Source of the DNA: Candidatus Rokuibacteriota bacterium
GTDB lineage: Bacteria; Methylomirabilota; Methylomirabilia; Rokubacteriales; CSP1-6
Direction: 5' to 3'
Assembly: GCA_003221695.1 (NCBI GenBank)
Contig: QHSX01000041.1
Span: forward strand, 93,486-157,485
DNA length: 64,000 nucleotides
The position numbers and the translations under genes were made by a program. The notes beneath the pieces are model-generated. The model was given only the letters and a program-made list of their open reading frames with translations. It was not told the DNA's origin and searched no databases. Of the stretch, positions 1-10,234 are shown in pieces; the stretch's first letter is position 1; every line of letters starts with the position of its first letter.

Positions 1-842
1 TCCTCGGCGTGATCCGCGACAAGGTCACGCTGGTCGCCCAGGGGAGACGCTGCGAGGCCGGGCCTGGACTCCTCCTTCCACCCGCGCCGCGCGGGGACAG
101 CGTCACCTTCGTCGTGGATTTCACCTGCGCCGAGGCTGTCAGCGATCTCCTGATCCGCGACGACCTCTTCGACGTCCTCGGAGCCGACTACCACACGCTC
201 GCCCGATTCGAGGCGCCGGGCTTCAGCGGCCAGTTCGCGTTCACTCCCGAGACGCGCGAGACCCGGGTGACGTTGGCCGGTGCCGGCGAGGGCGGCCGTG
301 GGACGGTGAGCTTTTTCATGCTCGGCATCGTGCACATCCTGAGCGGCTACGATCATCTGCTGTTTCTGCTCGGACTGATCCTCCGCGGCGGGCGGCTGCT
401 GTCGCTACTCAAGATCGTCACCGCGTTCACTGTCGCGCATAGCGTCACGCTCGCGCTGGCCGTGCTCGATGTCGTCGTGCTCCCGGACCGGCTCGTGGAA
501 TCCGTGATCGCCCTGTCGATCGCCCTCGTCGCCGCCGAGAACCTGTCGCCCCGCCCCGCGATCCCGCGACGGTGGGTGGTCAGCTTCGTGTTCGGCCTCG
601 TGCACGGCTTCGGTTTCTCCGCGGCCCTGCGGGAGCTCGGGCTGCCGCGTCAGGGGCTCGTCCTGTCACTCCTCGGGTTCAACCTGGGGGTCGAGGCTGG
701 GCAGGCGTTCGTCGTCGCACTGGCGCTGCCGGCGCTGGTCCTGCTACGTCGGACACGCTGGGAGGTGCCCATGGTCACGAGCTCGTCGCTCGCGATCCTC
801 GTCGTCGGTCTGGTGCTGTTCGTCGAGCGCGTCTTCCTCTGA
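1..842 (+). CDS. HupE/UreJ family membrane protein (Ni/Co transporter family), 5' partial at window edge
   Basis: ORF 9..842 is open to the window start. The C-terminal half is polytopic with the motif HILSGYDHLLFLLGL and repeated hydrophobic helices typical of HupE/UreJ_2 proteins. Confidence 0.55.
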   Translation, partial: LGVIRDKVTLVAQGRRCEAGPGLLLPPAPRGDSVTFVVDFTCAEAVSDLLIRDDLFDVLGADYHTLARFEAPGFSGQFAFTPETRETRVTLAGAGEGGRGTVSFFMLGIVHILSGYDHLLFLLGLILRGGRLLSLLKIVTAFTVAHSVTLALAVLDVVVLPDRLVESVIALSIALVAAENLSPRPAIPRRWVVSFVFGLVHGFGFSAALRELGLPRQGLVLSLLGFNLGVEAGQAFVVALALPALVLLRRTRWEVPMVTSSSLAILVVGLVLFVERVFL

Positions 843-860
843 CCGGCAGAGCCGTCCTTG

Positions 861-1934
861 TCAGCCGCAGGCCACGACGTACACGTCCTCGGTGGAGGCC
901 GGGAGCGGATACTCTTGCCAGGAATTGCCGCCGTCCTGGGTGCCGAAGACCTGGCCGGTCCGGGTGGCGCAGTACACGCGGTCGGGATCCCGGCGATCCA
1001 GGGCGACGGCCATCATGGTGGACCGCGCCTTGACGCCGCGGTCGAAGCGCGTCCAGGTCTGCCCCAGGTCGTTACTGCGGTAGAGAGTCCCCTCCTCGCT
1101 CCGCGCGGCCGGGCTGAGACAGGCGAAGAGCACGCGGGCATCGTGGGGCGCGACCTGGACGTCGCGCGCGTACGTCAACGGGGAGAAGTGCCTGATCTCC
1201 ATGTCCTCCCAGCTGGTACCGCGATCGGCGCTCCGGAACAAGCCCATGCGCAGCGCCAGGAACACGACCCCGGGCCGCGCACCGCTCAGGCACAGAGCGT
1301 GCGCGTCCAGCATGCCTTCCATGTCGGTATTGCTCACGATCCGACTCTTGAGGTGGGGCCGGTCGGCGAGCTTGACCAGGTCCAGGCTGCAATCGGTCCA
1401 GCTCTCCCCGCCGTCCGGGCTGCGCATGACGCCTCCCACTTCCAGCGCGGCGTAGAGCTCGTCGGGATTGCTCGGGTCGGCGGCCAAGCGGGTCACACGG
1501 GTGGGAAACGTCATCTGGACCCGCTCGAGCGGCTTGGCATTCGGGAGCCGATGCCAGGTATCGCCGCCATCGTCGCTCCGGTAGACGGCGGCCGGCGCGG
1601 TGCCCAGGTAGAGCGTCCGCGGATTGTGGGGATGCACGAGGATCGACCAGACGACCATGCCAGGATCCGGGAAGTCGAGTCGCTCCCAGTGCCCGCCGCG
1701 GTCGAGGCTACGGTACGGCCCGTCCTGCGTGCCGGCGTAGACCACCAGGGGATCGGCCGGATGCACGGCGAGCGCCCGGATCTCGGCCCGCTCGGGCAAG
1801 CCACGCGTGAGCGGCTCCCAGAGATCGTCCCCGACGGTTCGCCTGAAGAGCCCCCCGGGAGACTGGCCAGCCGGCCCGGATCCCCAGTGCGCTGAGCCTG
1901 CGTAGATGGTCGAACGCGGTGTCCTGTCAGCCAT
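861..1934 (-). CDS. BNR/Asp-box repeat beta-propeller protein (sialidase-like / Ycf48-like)
   Basis: 357-aa ORF with at least six S-x-D-x-G-x-T/S-W Asp-box repeats (SDDGGDTW, SPDGGESW, SADRGTSW, SNDLGQTW, TQDGGNSW, SLDRGGHW). Confidence 0.75.
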   Translation of the reverse strand: MADRTPRSTIYAGSAHWGSGPAGQSPGGLFRRTVGDDLWEPLTRGLPERAEIRALAVHPADPLVVYAGTQDGPYRSLDRGGHWERLDFPDPGMVVWSILVHPHNPRTLYLGTAPAAVYRSDDGGDTWHRLPNAKPLERVQMTFPTRVTRLAADPSNPDELYAALEVGGVMRSPDGGESWTDCSLDLVKLADRPHLKSRIVSNTDMEGMLDAHALCLSGARPGVVFLALRMGLFRSADRGTSWEDMEIRHFSPLTYARDVQVAPHDARVLFACLSPAARSEEGTLYRSNDLGQTWTRFDRGVKARSTMMAVALDRRDPDRVYCATRTGQVFGTQDGGNSWQEYPLPASTEDVYVVACG

Positions 1935-2051
1935 GATCGTGCCCCTTTCCCGGGCGCTTACGCCGAGCCGAGCATAGCGCGACGCGCGGGTCGTCCGCGA
2001 TGGCGTAATCCCTGATAGAATCGCGGCAACTCAGCCCGAGGGGGACTCGAT

Positions 2052-2831
2052 ATGAACGATCTGGCGCACGGCGTCCTGCCGCTCCGCGACAAGGTTTCAC
2101 CCGAAGAATGGGCCGTGCGCGTGGATCTTGCCGCGTGTTATCGACTCGTGGCCCACTACGGCTGGGAGGACCTGGTGTTCACGCACATCACGGCGCGCGT
2201 GCCTGGCACCGAGGACCAGTTCCTCATCAATCCGTACGGCATGTTCTTCGACGAGATCACGGCGTCGAGCCTGGTCAAGATCGATATTCACGGCAGCAAG
2301 GTCCAGGACTCGCCGTATCCGGTGAATCCGGCCGGCTTCGTCATCCACAGCGCGATCCACGCCGCGCGGCACGACGCCAGGTGTGTGCTCCACACCCACA
2401 CGCTGAACGGCGTGGCCGTCTCGACGCAGCGGGCGGGGCTGCTTCCCATCTCGCAGCATTCGATCTCCGTGCTCGCGAGCCTGGGCTACCACGACTTCGA
2501 GGGCCCGGCGCTGCGGGACGACGAAAAGCCGCGTCTGGTCGCGGACCTCGGCGACAAGACCTCGCTGGTGCTGCGCAATCACGGGCTCTTGACCGTGGGC
2601 CAGACGGTCGCCGAAGCGTTCGTCGCGATGTATTACCTGGAAACGTCCTGCGCGATCCAGGTGCGGGCGCAGTCCGGCGGAGGCGAATTGATTCCGGTTC
2701 CCAAAGAGGTCATCGAGAGCTCCTACGCGCAGCTCATGGCGGGACCCGGACGCCGCGGCAATCTGGGCGCGCTGGTGTGGCCCGGGCTGCTCCGGCGCCT
2801 CGATCGGCTCGATCCGTCCTACCGCGCCTGA
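2052..2831 (+). CDS. class II aldolase/adducin family protein
   Basis: 259-aa ORF. Conserved His-rich metal-site region (HTHT..., RNHGLLTVG) typical of L-fuculose-phosphate aldolase-like class II aldolases. Confidence 0.75.
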   Translation: MNDLAHGVLPLRDKVSPEEWAVRVDLAACYRLVAHYGWEDLVFTHITARVPGTEDQFLINPYGMFFDEITASSLVKIDIHGSKVQDSPYPVNPAGFVIHSAIHAARHDARCVLHTHTLNGVAVSTQRAGLLPISQHSISVLASLGYHDFEGPALRDDEKPRLVADLGDKTSLVLRNHGLLTVGQTVAEAFVAMYYLETSCAIQVRAQSGGGELIPVPKEVIESSYAQLMAGPGRRGNLGALVWPGLLRRLDRLDPSYRA

Positions 2832-2838
2832 CGCGCGG

Positions 2839-4554
2839 TCACGACCTCCGCGCGAGGGGGCCGCGCAGGAGGTGGCCCGGCAGCGCCCCGGTGGGCTTGC
2901 CGTCGCGCAGGACGATCTCGCCGTTCACGACCGTCGCGGAGATGCCGCGCGCCCGCTGCACGAGGCGCCGCGCCCCGGCCGGAAGGTCGTGCACCACCTC
3001 GGGCATCTCCGGCGCGATCCTCTCGGCGTCGAAGACGAGGAGGTCGGCCGCCAGCCCTTCCCGGATCAGGCCACGGTCCGCGAACCCCCAGTAGGTCGCG
3101 GGCTCGAAGCTCAGCATACGGACCGCCTGCTCGAGCGTGAACGCATGCTTCGCGCGCACCCAGTGGCTCAGCAGGTGCGTCTGGAGGGAGGCGTCCATGA
3201 TCTGCGAGACGTGCGCCCCGGAGTCTGAGAAGGTCACGACCGTGCGCGCGTGTTGCATCAGCTCGAGCGCGTGGTCCTGGTTCTCGTTGGCAATGGGTTG
3301 GAGGAAGAAGCGCTCCAGGCCCTTCTCGAGCGCAAGGTCGATCATGGCCTCGACCGGGTCCACGCCGCGCTCGCGCGCGATCTCGGCCACCGATCGGTGC
3401 GGCCCCTCGACCGTGTCGAAGACGAAGATCCATTCGTACGCGGCGGGCCGCGGCTCGGCTCCGATCGCACGGCGCTCCTCGCGCTCCCGCGCCGCCTCGA
3501 CGAGGCGACGGCGCACCTCGGGATCCCGCAGGCGCTGGCGCTGCTGGTCGAGCGGCAGGGCCCGCAGCTCCTTCCACGCCGGGAGCCGGTCGAACGGCAG
3601 ATTGGTCTTGAACGAGAGCACCACACTGAGCGCACGGCTGTGCACCTGCGCGAACATCCGGCCGCCTGCGGCGGCGGTCTCCTCGAGCAGGTCGAGGTAG
3701 ACGCGCCAGACCTCCGGGGCCTCCCGCCGGCTGAACAAGCCCCACGTCACGGGGCGTCCGGTCTCCACCGCGAGGTCGCGCAGCCGCACGTGGTAGTCCC
3801 GCAGCCCCTGGGGGTCGTGCGAGGTGCGGCCCACCTCTTCGCCCGCGAGCTCGAAGATGCCCGCGTTCATATCGCCCATCACGCCGACGAGCCGCCGGAC
3901 CTCCTCCCAGGTGGCGAGCCGGCTCGCGACGGGTCGCCGGTCGGGCGTCTCGTGACTCGGCGAGCGTGAGGTCGTGAAGCCGATGGCGCCGGCGCGGATC
4001 GCGTCACGCAGCTCGCGCTCCATCGCGCGGAGGTCGTCCTCGCCAGCCGGCTTCTCGAACGCCCGCTCGCTCATCACGTGGGTGCGCAGGGCCGAGTGAC
4101 CGATGTAACAGGCGTAGTTGATGCCCTTGGGCAGGGACGCGACGCGATCGAGGAACTCCGGGAACGTGGTCCACGTCCAGTCGATGCCGGCCTCCATCGC
4201 CTCGGCGGCGATGTCCTCGGCGCGCTCGAGGTTTCTCATGACGAGGTGCTTGTCGGAGGCGGCGCAGGGGGCGAGCGTGAATCCGCAGTTGCCCATCACG
4301 ACCGTGGTCACGCCGTGCCAGCAGGAGCAGGTGCCGAGCGGATCCCAGAAGACCTGGGCATCCATGTGCGTGTGCCCGTCCACGAAGCCGGGAGCCACCA
4401 CCTGGCCGTCCGCGTCGATGACCTCACGGGCGCGCTCCCGGACCCGGCCGATCGTGACGATGCGGCCGTGCCGCACGCCGACGTCGGCCCGGTAGCGGGG
4501 CATGCCGGAGCCGTCGATCACCACGCCGTTCTTGATCACCAGGTCGTACGCCAT
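2839..4554 (-). CDS. N-acyl-D-amino-acid deacylase (D-aminoacylase) family amidohydrolase
   Basis: The 678-aa track ORF was trimmed to the internal ATG at 4554 (MAYDLVIKNGVVIDG...). Motifs GFVDGHTHMD and MGNCGFTLAP are characteristic of D-aminoacylases. Confidence 0.8.
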   Translation of the reverse strand: MAYDLVIKNGVVIDGSGMPRYRADVGVRHGRIVTIGRVRERAREVIDADGQVVAPGFVDGHTHMDAQVFWDPLGTCSCWHGVTTVVMGNCGFTLAPCAASDKHLVMRNLERAEDIAAEAMEAGIDWTWTTFPEFLDRVASLPKGINYACYIGHSALRTHVMSERAFEKPAGEDDLRAMERELRDAIRAGAIGFTTSRSPSHETPDRRPVASRLATWEEVRRLVGVMGDMNAGIFELAGEEVGRTSHDPQGLRDYHVRLRDLAVETGRPVTWGLFSRREAPEVWRVYLDLLEETAAAGGRMFAQVHSRALSVVLSFKTNLPFDRLPAWKELRALPLDQQRQRLRDPEVRRRLVEAAREREERRAIGAEPRPAAYEWIFVFDTVEGPHRSVAEIARERGVDPVEAMIDLALEKGLERFFLQPIANENQDHALELMQHARTVVTFSDSGAHVSQIMDASLQTHLLSHWVRAKHAFTLEQAVRMLSFEPATYWGFADRGLIREGLAADLLVFDAERIAPEMPEVVHDLPAGARRLVQRARGISATVVNGEIVLRDGKPTGALPGHLLRGPLARRS

Positions 4555-4765
4555 CGCCCGCTCCTCCCGTCCGGGCCCGAGGGGCCACGCTTGTCGCCGT
4601 ATCGTACTCCGTTGTAGCGGGGGCCGCGAGGCCGGAACACACCGCGGGTGGCGTGCCGTGGGTACGGGGCGGCTCCGTCTAGCCAAGAGCCATCGCGACG
4701 TTGAAACGAGGCTCCCGAGGGACAACCTCGACCTCGAGAGCCTGCGCCCCTGTGTCAGGAATGAC

Positions 4766-5140
4766 TTACTGAACCGGCGGCGGGGGCGGTGGCGGAGGTA
4801 GCGGTGCCGGGTTGGGGATCCAGATCCACTGATACGCGCTGTAGATCCCGTCTCCATGCAGCTCGTACCGACCATTCGGGTACTGGATCACGTTGGGGTA
4901 CGCGTGTGCGCGCTGGACCACGACAACCGGGGCCGGTGCCACATACACGGGCCGTTCGACGACGACCTCACGAACGTGGGGCCGCGGGTGAAGCAGGGGA
5001 CCGACGAGCTGGTTGAACACCGCGAACGAGGCCAGCCCGAGAGCCACATTGGTGCCAGTGCTCCCGCCCGCATAGGCCGCCGGGGCAACCGCGCCGACCA
5101 TCAGGGCGACCGCTGCTGCTATCGCGACGAGCGTGCGCAT
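4766..5140 (-). CDS. small secreted proline-rich protein (hypothetical)
   Basis: N-terminal signal peptide (MRTLVAIAAAVALMVGAVAPAAYA) and a C-terminal poly-Pro tract (PLPPPPPPPPVQ). Shares the motif VYVAPAPVVVVQ with the divergent neighbour. Confidence 0.45.
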   Translation of the reverse strand: MRTLVAIAAAVALMVGAVAPAAYAGGSTGTNVALGLASFAVFNQLVGPLLHPRPHVREVVVERPVYVAPAPVVVVQRAHAYPNVIQYPNGRYELHGDGIYSAYQWIWIPNPAPLPPPPPPPPVQ

Positions 5141-5316
5141 CGTGTGTCCCTCCCTTCCTGTCGCGTTAGACGCCGGGGCCGCAACGTTGATTTACCGCAC
5201 CCGATTCCGCCGACCCGAGGTCGCCACGGTGTCAACGCCGGGAGGCGGTCGTTCGTCTAACGGCTGAGATGAAGGTCGTTCAGCCCTCGTCCGTCAAATG
5301 CCTAGCAAGGGCGGGT

Positions 5317-5661
5317 ATGAAAAGGTCAGCGATGGCTTCAGTCCTGGCGCTCGCGCTGCTTCTCGTGCCTGTAGCGCCGGGTCTCGCGTGGCACGGGCAT
5401 TCCGGCGTTCGGACGGGTGTCTTCGTCGGTGTCGGCCCCGCGTTCTGGTGGGGTCCGTACTGGTGGCACTACCCGCCGCCGTACTACGTGTACGCTCCGC
5501 CGCCGGTCGTCGTCCAGGAGCCGCCGGTCTACATACAGCAGGAGCCGCCCACCCCGGCGACGCAGTCGTACTGGTACTACTGCGGGAGCGCCAAGGCCTA
5601 TTACCCGACCGTCCCGGCGTGCCCTGAGCCGTGGCTCAAGGTTCCTCCGAGGTCCGAGTGA
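5317..5661 (+). CDS. small secreted aromatic/proline-rich protein (hypothetical)
   Basis: Start placed at the internal Met (MKRSAMASVLALALLLVPVAPGLA signal peptide). W/Y/P-rich mature part with a C-terminal two-Cys segment YYCGSAKAYYPTVPACPEPW. Confidence 0.45.
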   Translation: MKRSAMASVLALALLLVPVAPGLAWHGHSGVRTGVFVGVGPAFWWGPYWWHYPPPYYVYAPPPVVVQEPPVYIQQEPPTPATQSYWYYCGSAKAYYPTVPACPEPWLKVPPRSE

Positions 5662-6197
5662 TGACGCACCACGTCCTTCCCGTCGCGGTCGGCCTGCTGA
5701 TGACCGCGTGCGCGACGGTGCCCGCCGGGCCGAGCGTGATGGTACTACCGGGCAACGGAAAGAACTTCGAGCAGTTCCAGGCGGACGACGCGGTCTGCCG
5801 TCAGTGGGCGGCGCAGCAGACCGGGACGACGACGAAACGGGCCACGACCGAGAGCGCGGTCAGCGGTGCCGCGATCGGGACGGTTCTCGGGGCGGCTGCA
5901 GGGGCGGTGGTTGGCGCAGTCGCCAAGAGTCCGGCAACCGGAGCCGCGGTCGGCGCGGGAGCTGGATTGCTCGGCGGGGCGGCGGTGGGCGGGAGCAATG
6001 CGCAGGCCGCAGGCACGCAGGTGCAGCACCGCTACGACATGACCTACATGCAGTGCATGTACGCCAAGGGCAACCAGATTCCCATGGCCCGAGGCTCTAT
6101 CCCGTCGACGTACGTGGGGCAACCCGCCGCCTCGCCGCCGCCCCCACCTCCGCCGCCGCCCGGAACTCCGCCGCCGCCCCCCGGACCCTTGCGGTAG
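5661..6197 (+). CDS. glycine-zipper lipoprotein with poly-proline C-terminus
   Basis: ATG at 5661 overlaps the upstream stop (gtgATGa). Lipobox LLMTAC. Gly/Ala zipper segment (GAAIGTVLGAAAGAVVGAV...) resembling Gly-zipper/YMGG outer-membrane lipoproteins. Tail PPPPPPPPPGTPPPPPGP. Confidence 0.6.
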   Translation: MTHHVLPVAVGLLMTACATVPAGPSVMVLPGNGKNFEQFQADDAVCRQWAAQQTGTTTKRATTESAVSGAAIGTVLGAAAGAVVGAVAKSPATGAAVGAGAGLLGGAAVGGSNAQAAGTQVQHRYDMTYMQCMYAKGNQIPMARGSIPSTYVGQPAASPPPPPPPPPGTPPPPPGPLR

Positions 6198-6279
6198 CGC
6201 GCTCCCGATGAGCGCCCGCGTGTCGCGTAGCCCCGGGGAGGCCGAACGAACTCTAGCCGACCGGGACAGGAGGAGGGCG

Positions 6280-6780
6280 ATGAGGTCCAGACAGCGGACC
6301 GGCGTCGTGAGGATCGCAGTGTTGACCTCTCTCATCGTGCTCGCCGGTGCGTGGGCGCTGGCGCACGCCCAGTCGCCGACGTACATGCACGGGCCCGGGG
6401 CCAGGGGTGACGGAGGAATGATGCTGTCGCTTCTGCTCCGGAGCGCGAACCTGACGCCCGAGCAGGAGGCGAAGGTGCGTGAGACCCTGACCGCGCGACG
6501 CGCAGCGTCGGGGGCGCTGATCGACCAATTGCGTCAGGCGCAGCGCGAGCTGGCCGACAGGGTGTTCGCGCCTGGCAATCTGGAGGAGGCGGATCTCGCG
6601 CCTCAGCTCCAGCGGATCGCGAGCCTCCGAGAACAGCTCGTGCAGGAGAACGCCAGGGTCGCGCTCGAGGTGCGGGCGATCCTGACCCCGGAGCAACTGG
6701 CGCGGGCCGCGCAGGTCAAGGATCGCATGAGACAGCTACACAACGAGATGCGACAGCTCATGCAGCCGGGCCGTTCGTAG
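6280..6780 (+). CDS. Spy/CpxP family periplasmic protein (LTPEQ repeats)
   Basis: Signal peptide followed by two LTPEQ motifs (LTPEQEAKVRE, LTPEQLARAAQ) in a helical Q/R/E-rich protein, the hallmark of Spy/CpxP/ZraP-type periplasmic stress proteins. Confidence 0.6.
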   Translation: MRSRQRTGVVRIAVLTSLIVLAGAWALAHAQSPTYMHGPGARGDGGMMLSLLLRSANLTPEQEAKVRETLTARRAASGALIDQLRQAQRELADRVFAPGNLEEADLAPQLQRIASLREQLVQENARVALEVRAILTPEQLARAAQVKDRMRQLHNEMRQLMQPGRS

Positions 6781-6842
6781 CGACCCACCGGGGCGGCGAG
6801 CGTTCCGCGCGATCGCTCGCCGCCCCGGCAGATCCTCCCGAC

Positions 6843-9182
6843 TCAGGCCTTCGTTAGCTGATCACGGATCGGCAGGCGCCGGATGCGCTTGCCTGTCGCC
6901 GCGAAGATCGCGTTGCACAGTGCGGGCGCGATCGGCGGCACGCCCGGCTCGCCCACGCCACCGAGCGGCGCGTTGAAGTCCCCGGGTATGAGGTGGACTC
7001 GGATCTCGCGGGGCGCGGCGTCCGTTCGCAAGATCTCGTACGCGTTGTAGTTGTCTTGCTCCACGCGTCCGGCCTTGTAGCTGATCTCCTCCTTCGTGGC
7101 GAGGCTCACGCCCATGGTGCAGGCGCCCTGGAGCTGGGAGCGGACGCGATCAGGGTTGATCTGGGCGCCGCAGTCCACGGCTATGTCCACTCGCGGAATC
7201 GCCAGCTCTCCCTTATCGCTGACCGCAACTTCTACCACCGCCGCCACGTAGGTCACGAAGCTGTAGACGACGGCGATGCCCTGCCCGCGGCCCTTGGGCA
7301 GCGTCTTGCCCCAACCCGCTTCGCGCGCTGCGGTCTCGACGACGCGCCGCATGCGGCCGGTGTCCAGGGGGTACCGTTCCGGATCTTCGCCATGATTCCA
7401 GGTATCGCCCATGGTCCGGGGGTCGATGCGTCGGGCGGGACCGATCAGCTCCAGCAAGAAGTCCTTGTGATCGCGCCCCGCCGCCGCCGCGAGCTCGGCG
7501 ACGAAGGACTGGACGGCGAAGGCGTGAGGAATGTTCGACACCGAGCGGAACCAGCCGATGCGCGTGTGGGCCGTGGCCTCCGGGTTCTCGATACGGACAT
7601 TGGGAATCACGAAGGGTATGTTGACGGCCGTCATGCCGAGCTCGAATGGCGCCTCGTTCTTCGCCTCCGGGTTGAACGTGGACATGATCGTCGGCGCCAC
7701 GGTCCGGTGCAGCCACGCCACCGGCTTCCCACCGGCGTCCAGTCCGGCTTCGAGGTGCTCGATCGAGACGGTGTGATAGTAGGAGTTGTGCAGGTCGTCC
7801 TCGCGCGTCCACGTGACCTTGACCGGCGCGCCGCTCATCGCCTTGGAGAGCACGGCGGCCTCGATCATGAAATCGGGCTTGGACTTGCGCCCGAAGCCGC
7901 CGCCGAGCAGGGTGACGTTGACCTTCACGTTGTCCGCCGACATCCCGAGCCGCTTGGCGATGCGGTCACGGGCGGCCTGCGGCGACTGGATGCAGCCCCA
8001 CGCCTCGCACTTGCCATTCACGATGCGCGCGGTCGCGGCGGGCGGCTCCATGGTCGCATGGGCGAGATGCGGGATGTAGTATTCGGCCTCGAGGCGCCGC
8101 GCGGCGCTCGCCATGGCTGCATCGACGTCTCCATCGTTGCGGACCACCTTCCCCGGCTTGCGCGACGCTTGCTCGAGCGTCGCCTTGAAGGCCGTGGAAT
8201 CGTACGCGGCGTTCGCGCCATCGTTCCACTCGATCTTGAGGGCTTGCCGGCCCTTGATCGCGGCCCAGGTGTTGCGACCGATCACCGCGACGCCGCCCAG
8301 CGGGTTGAACTCCGCGGGCGGCGAGCTCGGCTCGATTTCCACCACGCGGACCACTCCCGGCACTTTGAGCGCCTCCGAGGCGTCGTACTTGACCACCTTG
8401 CCCCCATAGACCGGCGGGCGCGCGATCACCGCGTAGAGCATGCCGGGGAGCCGCGTGTCGATGCCGTACTGGGCCTTGCCGCTCACGATGTCGGGGCCGT
8501 CGACCAGCTTCAGCTCACCCTTACCGATGTAGCGGAAGCGCGACGGATCTTTGAGTCGTAGCGTCTCCCTCGGTGGGACCGGGAGCTTGGCCGCGTCCTT
8601 GGCGAGGGCGCCGTATCCGAGACGCCGCCCCGACTGGCGATGCACCACTTCGTGGTTCCGCGCTTCCACCTCGCCCACGGGCACGTTCCAGCGCGTCGCC
8701 GCCGCCGTTTCGAGCATCGCGCGCGCGGCCGCGCCGCAGCGCCGCATGGGTTCGAAGAAATGGCGCGTGCTGCGCGAGCCGTCGGTGTCCTGGTTGCCGA
8801 AGCGCTTCTGGTCGCCCGGCGCCTGCGCGACGCGCACCCGCTTCCAGTCGGCTTCGAGCTCATCGGCCACGATCATCGGCATTCCGGTGCGGACGCCCTG
8901 CCCCATCTCGGAACGGTGACAGACGATCGTGACCGTGCCGTCCTCGCCGATGGCGAGGAACACCAGGGGGTTGTCGATCCAACCGTCGGGCATTCCGTCT
9001 CTTCCGTACTTGGGCGGGTCGGCCGCGCGCAGGGCCGCCGGGAACCCGACGGCGAGGACGAGCCCGCCGACCGCGGAGACTCCGGCGAGAAAGCCGCGCC
9101 GGCTCACGTTCGCGAGGAGGAGCGAGCTGTCGGACCGCACGTGACTCGGAGCCGAGGTCGTCGAATCGTGGGACGCGCTCAT
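6843..9182 (-). CDS. xanthine dehydrogenase-family molybdopterin-binding subunit, IorB-like (aldehyde/isoquinoline oxidoreductase large subunit), Tat-exported
   Basis: True start ATG at 9182 (MSASHDS...) overlaps the upstream 2Fe-2S gene by 4 nt. Tat-like signal ([28 protein letters not shown]). Long Mo-cofactor-binding domain similar to IorB/aldehyde dehydrogenase large subunits. Confidence 0.85.
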   Translation of the reverse strand: MSASHDSTTSAPSHVRSDSSLLLANVSRRGFLAGVSAVGGLVLAVGFPAALRAADPPKYGRDGMPDGWIDNPLVFLAIGEDGTVTIVCHRSEMGQGVRTGMPMIVADELEADWKRVRVAQAPGDQKRFGNQDTDGSRSTRHFFEPMRRCGAAARAMLETAAATRWNVPVGEVEARNHEVVHRQSGRRLGYGALAKDAAKLPVPPRETLRLKDPSRFRYIGKGELKLVDGPDIVSGKAQYGIDTRLPGMLYAVIARPPVYGGKVVKYDASEALKVPGVVRVVEIEPSSPPAEFNPLGGVAVIGRNTWAAIKGRQALKIEWNDGANAAYDSTAFKATLEQASRKPGKVVRNDGDVDAAMASAARRLEAEYYIPHLAHATMEPPAATARIVNGKCEAWGCIQSPQAARDRIAKRLGMSADNVKVNVTLLGGGFGRKSKPDFMIEAAVLSKAMSGAPVKVTWTREDDLHNSYYHTVSIEHLEAGLDAGGKPVAWLHRTVAPTIMSTFNPEAKNEAPFELGMTAVNIPFVIPNVRIENPEATAHTRIGWFRSVSNIPHAFAVQSFVAELAAAAGRDHKDFLLELIGPARRIDPRTMGDTWNHGEDPERYPLDTGRMRRVVETAAREAGWGKTLPKGRGQGIAVVYSFVTYVAAVVEVAVSDKGELAIPRVDIAVDCGAQINPDRVRSQLQGACTMGVSLATKEEISYKAGRVEQDNYNAYEILRTDAAPREIRVHLIPGDFNAPLGGVGEPGVPPIAPALCNAIFAATGKRIRRLPIRDQLTKA

Positions 9183-9646
9183 TGCGTCGCTCCTTTCTGG
9201 CCGGCCACACGCTGGATAGCGGCGCGAATTCGGGTATACGTGCCACAGCGGCAGATGTTTCCGCTCATCGCCGCGTCGATATCGGCATCCGTTGGCTTGG
9301 GGTTTTGCTTGAGCAGTGCCGTGGCGGACATGACCTGGCCGGCCTGGCAGTAGCCGCACTGGGGCACGCCGACCTCGACCCACGCCGTCTGCACGGCCTT
9401 GCCGACCCGGTCCGCGCCGATCCCCTCGACGGTCGTGATCTTTCGTTGCGCCGCCGCCGAGACCGGCGTGATGCAGGCGCGCGTGGGTTGGCCGTCCAGG
9501 TGCACGGTGCAGGCGCCGCACAGCGCGATGCCGCACCCGAACTTGGTCCCGGTCAATCCAAGGACATCGCGCAACGCCCACAGAAGCGGAGTGTCCGGTG
9601 TCACGTCCACTTGTTGCGCTTTGCCATTCACATGAAGCGTTACCAT
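9179..9646 (-). CDS. (2Fe-2S)-binding small subunit, IorA-like
   Basis: 155 aa with a plant-ferredoxin-type cluster ([16 protein letters not shown]) and a second 2Fe-2S motif (CGYCQAG...CRCGTY). RBS AAGGAGG before the ATG. Translationally coupled to the IorB-like gene. Confidence 0.85.
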   Translation of the reverse strand: MVTLHVNGKAQQVDVTPDTPLLWALRDVLGLTGTKFGCGIALCGACTVHLDGQPTRACITPVSAAAQRKITTVEGIGADRVGKAVQTAWVEVGVPQCGYCQAGQVMSATALLKQNPKPTDADIDAAMSGNICRCGTYTRIRAAIQRVAGQKGATQ

Positions 9647-9724
9647 ATGACCCTCCTTGGCGACGAGCCTCCGTGGACTCCGGCCGAGCCTGCGCTCGGC
9701 CGTTGCCGGCGGTTGCTCTCCGTG

Positions 9725-10140
9725 TTACTCCGTCGCGGTGACCGTCGCTTCGAACGGCGCCGATCTGATGTCGAGCTCGCCGCCTCCGTGGTAACTGAAG
9801 CGAAACACCCCGTGCACGGCGTGGGTGCCGGCGCTCTTCGGCGTGGCGCGAACCGTGAAGACGATGCTGCCGTCCTGAACCGAGCCCGGGACGACCGTCC
9901 CCTCGAGCTCGACGCCGCCGTCAGCGGCCGACAGCCTGATGAGCCGGTGGCGGTACGAATCCGTGATCTTGAAGCCTTCGCCCATCGAGATCTTCGCCAC
10001 GATGATCGCCTTCTCACCCACCCGCGCCGATGCGTTCTCGATGCTGATCACGACGGGCGATTTCGAGTCCGCGGCGGCACTCGGCAGGCCGCTGCATACG
10101 ACCGCCGTCAACGCGACGAGCGTCACGACCAGACGGCTCA
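9725..10140 (-). CDS. secreted hypothetical protein (beta-rich)
   Basis: The track ORF extends to 10234. I favour the GTG at 10140, which is preceded by GGAGGGGGG and gives a classic signal peptide (SRLVVTLVALTAVVCSGLPSAAA/DS). No recognisable cofactor motif. Confidence 0.45.
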
Positions 10141-10234
10141 CGGGACGCGTCCCCCCTCCGAATCGTGGACTCCGCCCGAGGCGAGCCGGTTGTCGCTGCG
10201 GCAACCGGCTCGCCCAGGCGCTTCGTCGCGACAC

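Noticed and set aside
5386-5402. TGGCAC-containing strings (5386, 39171, 39231, 12631) screened as sigma-54 promoters
   Set aside because: They are inside coding regions or lack a correctly spaced -12 GC.
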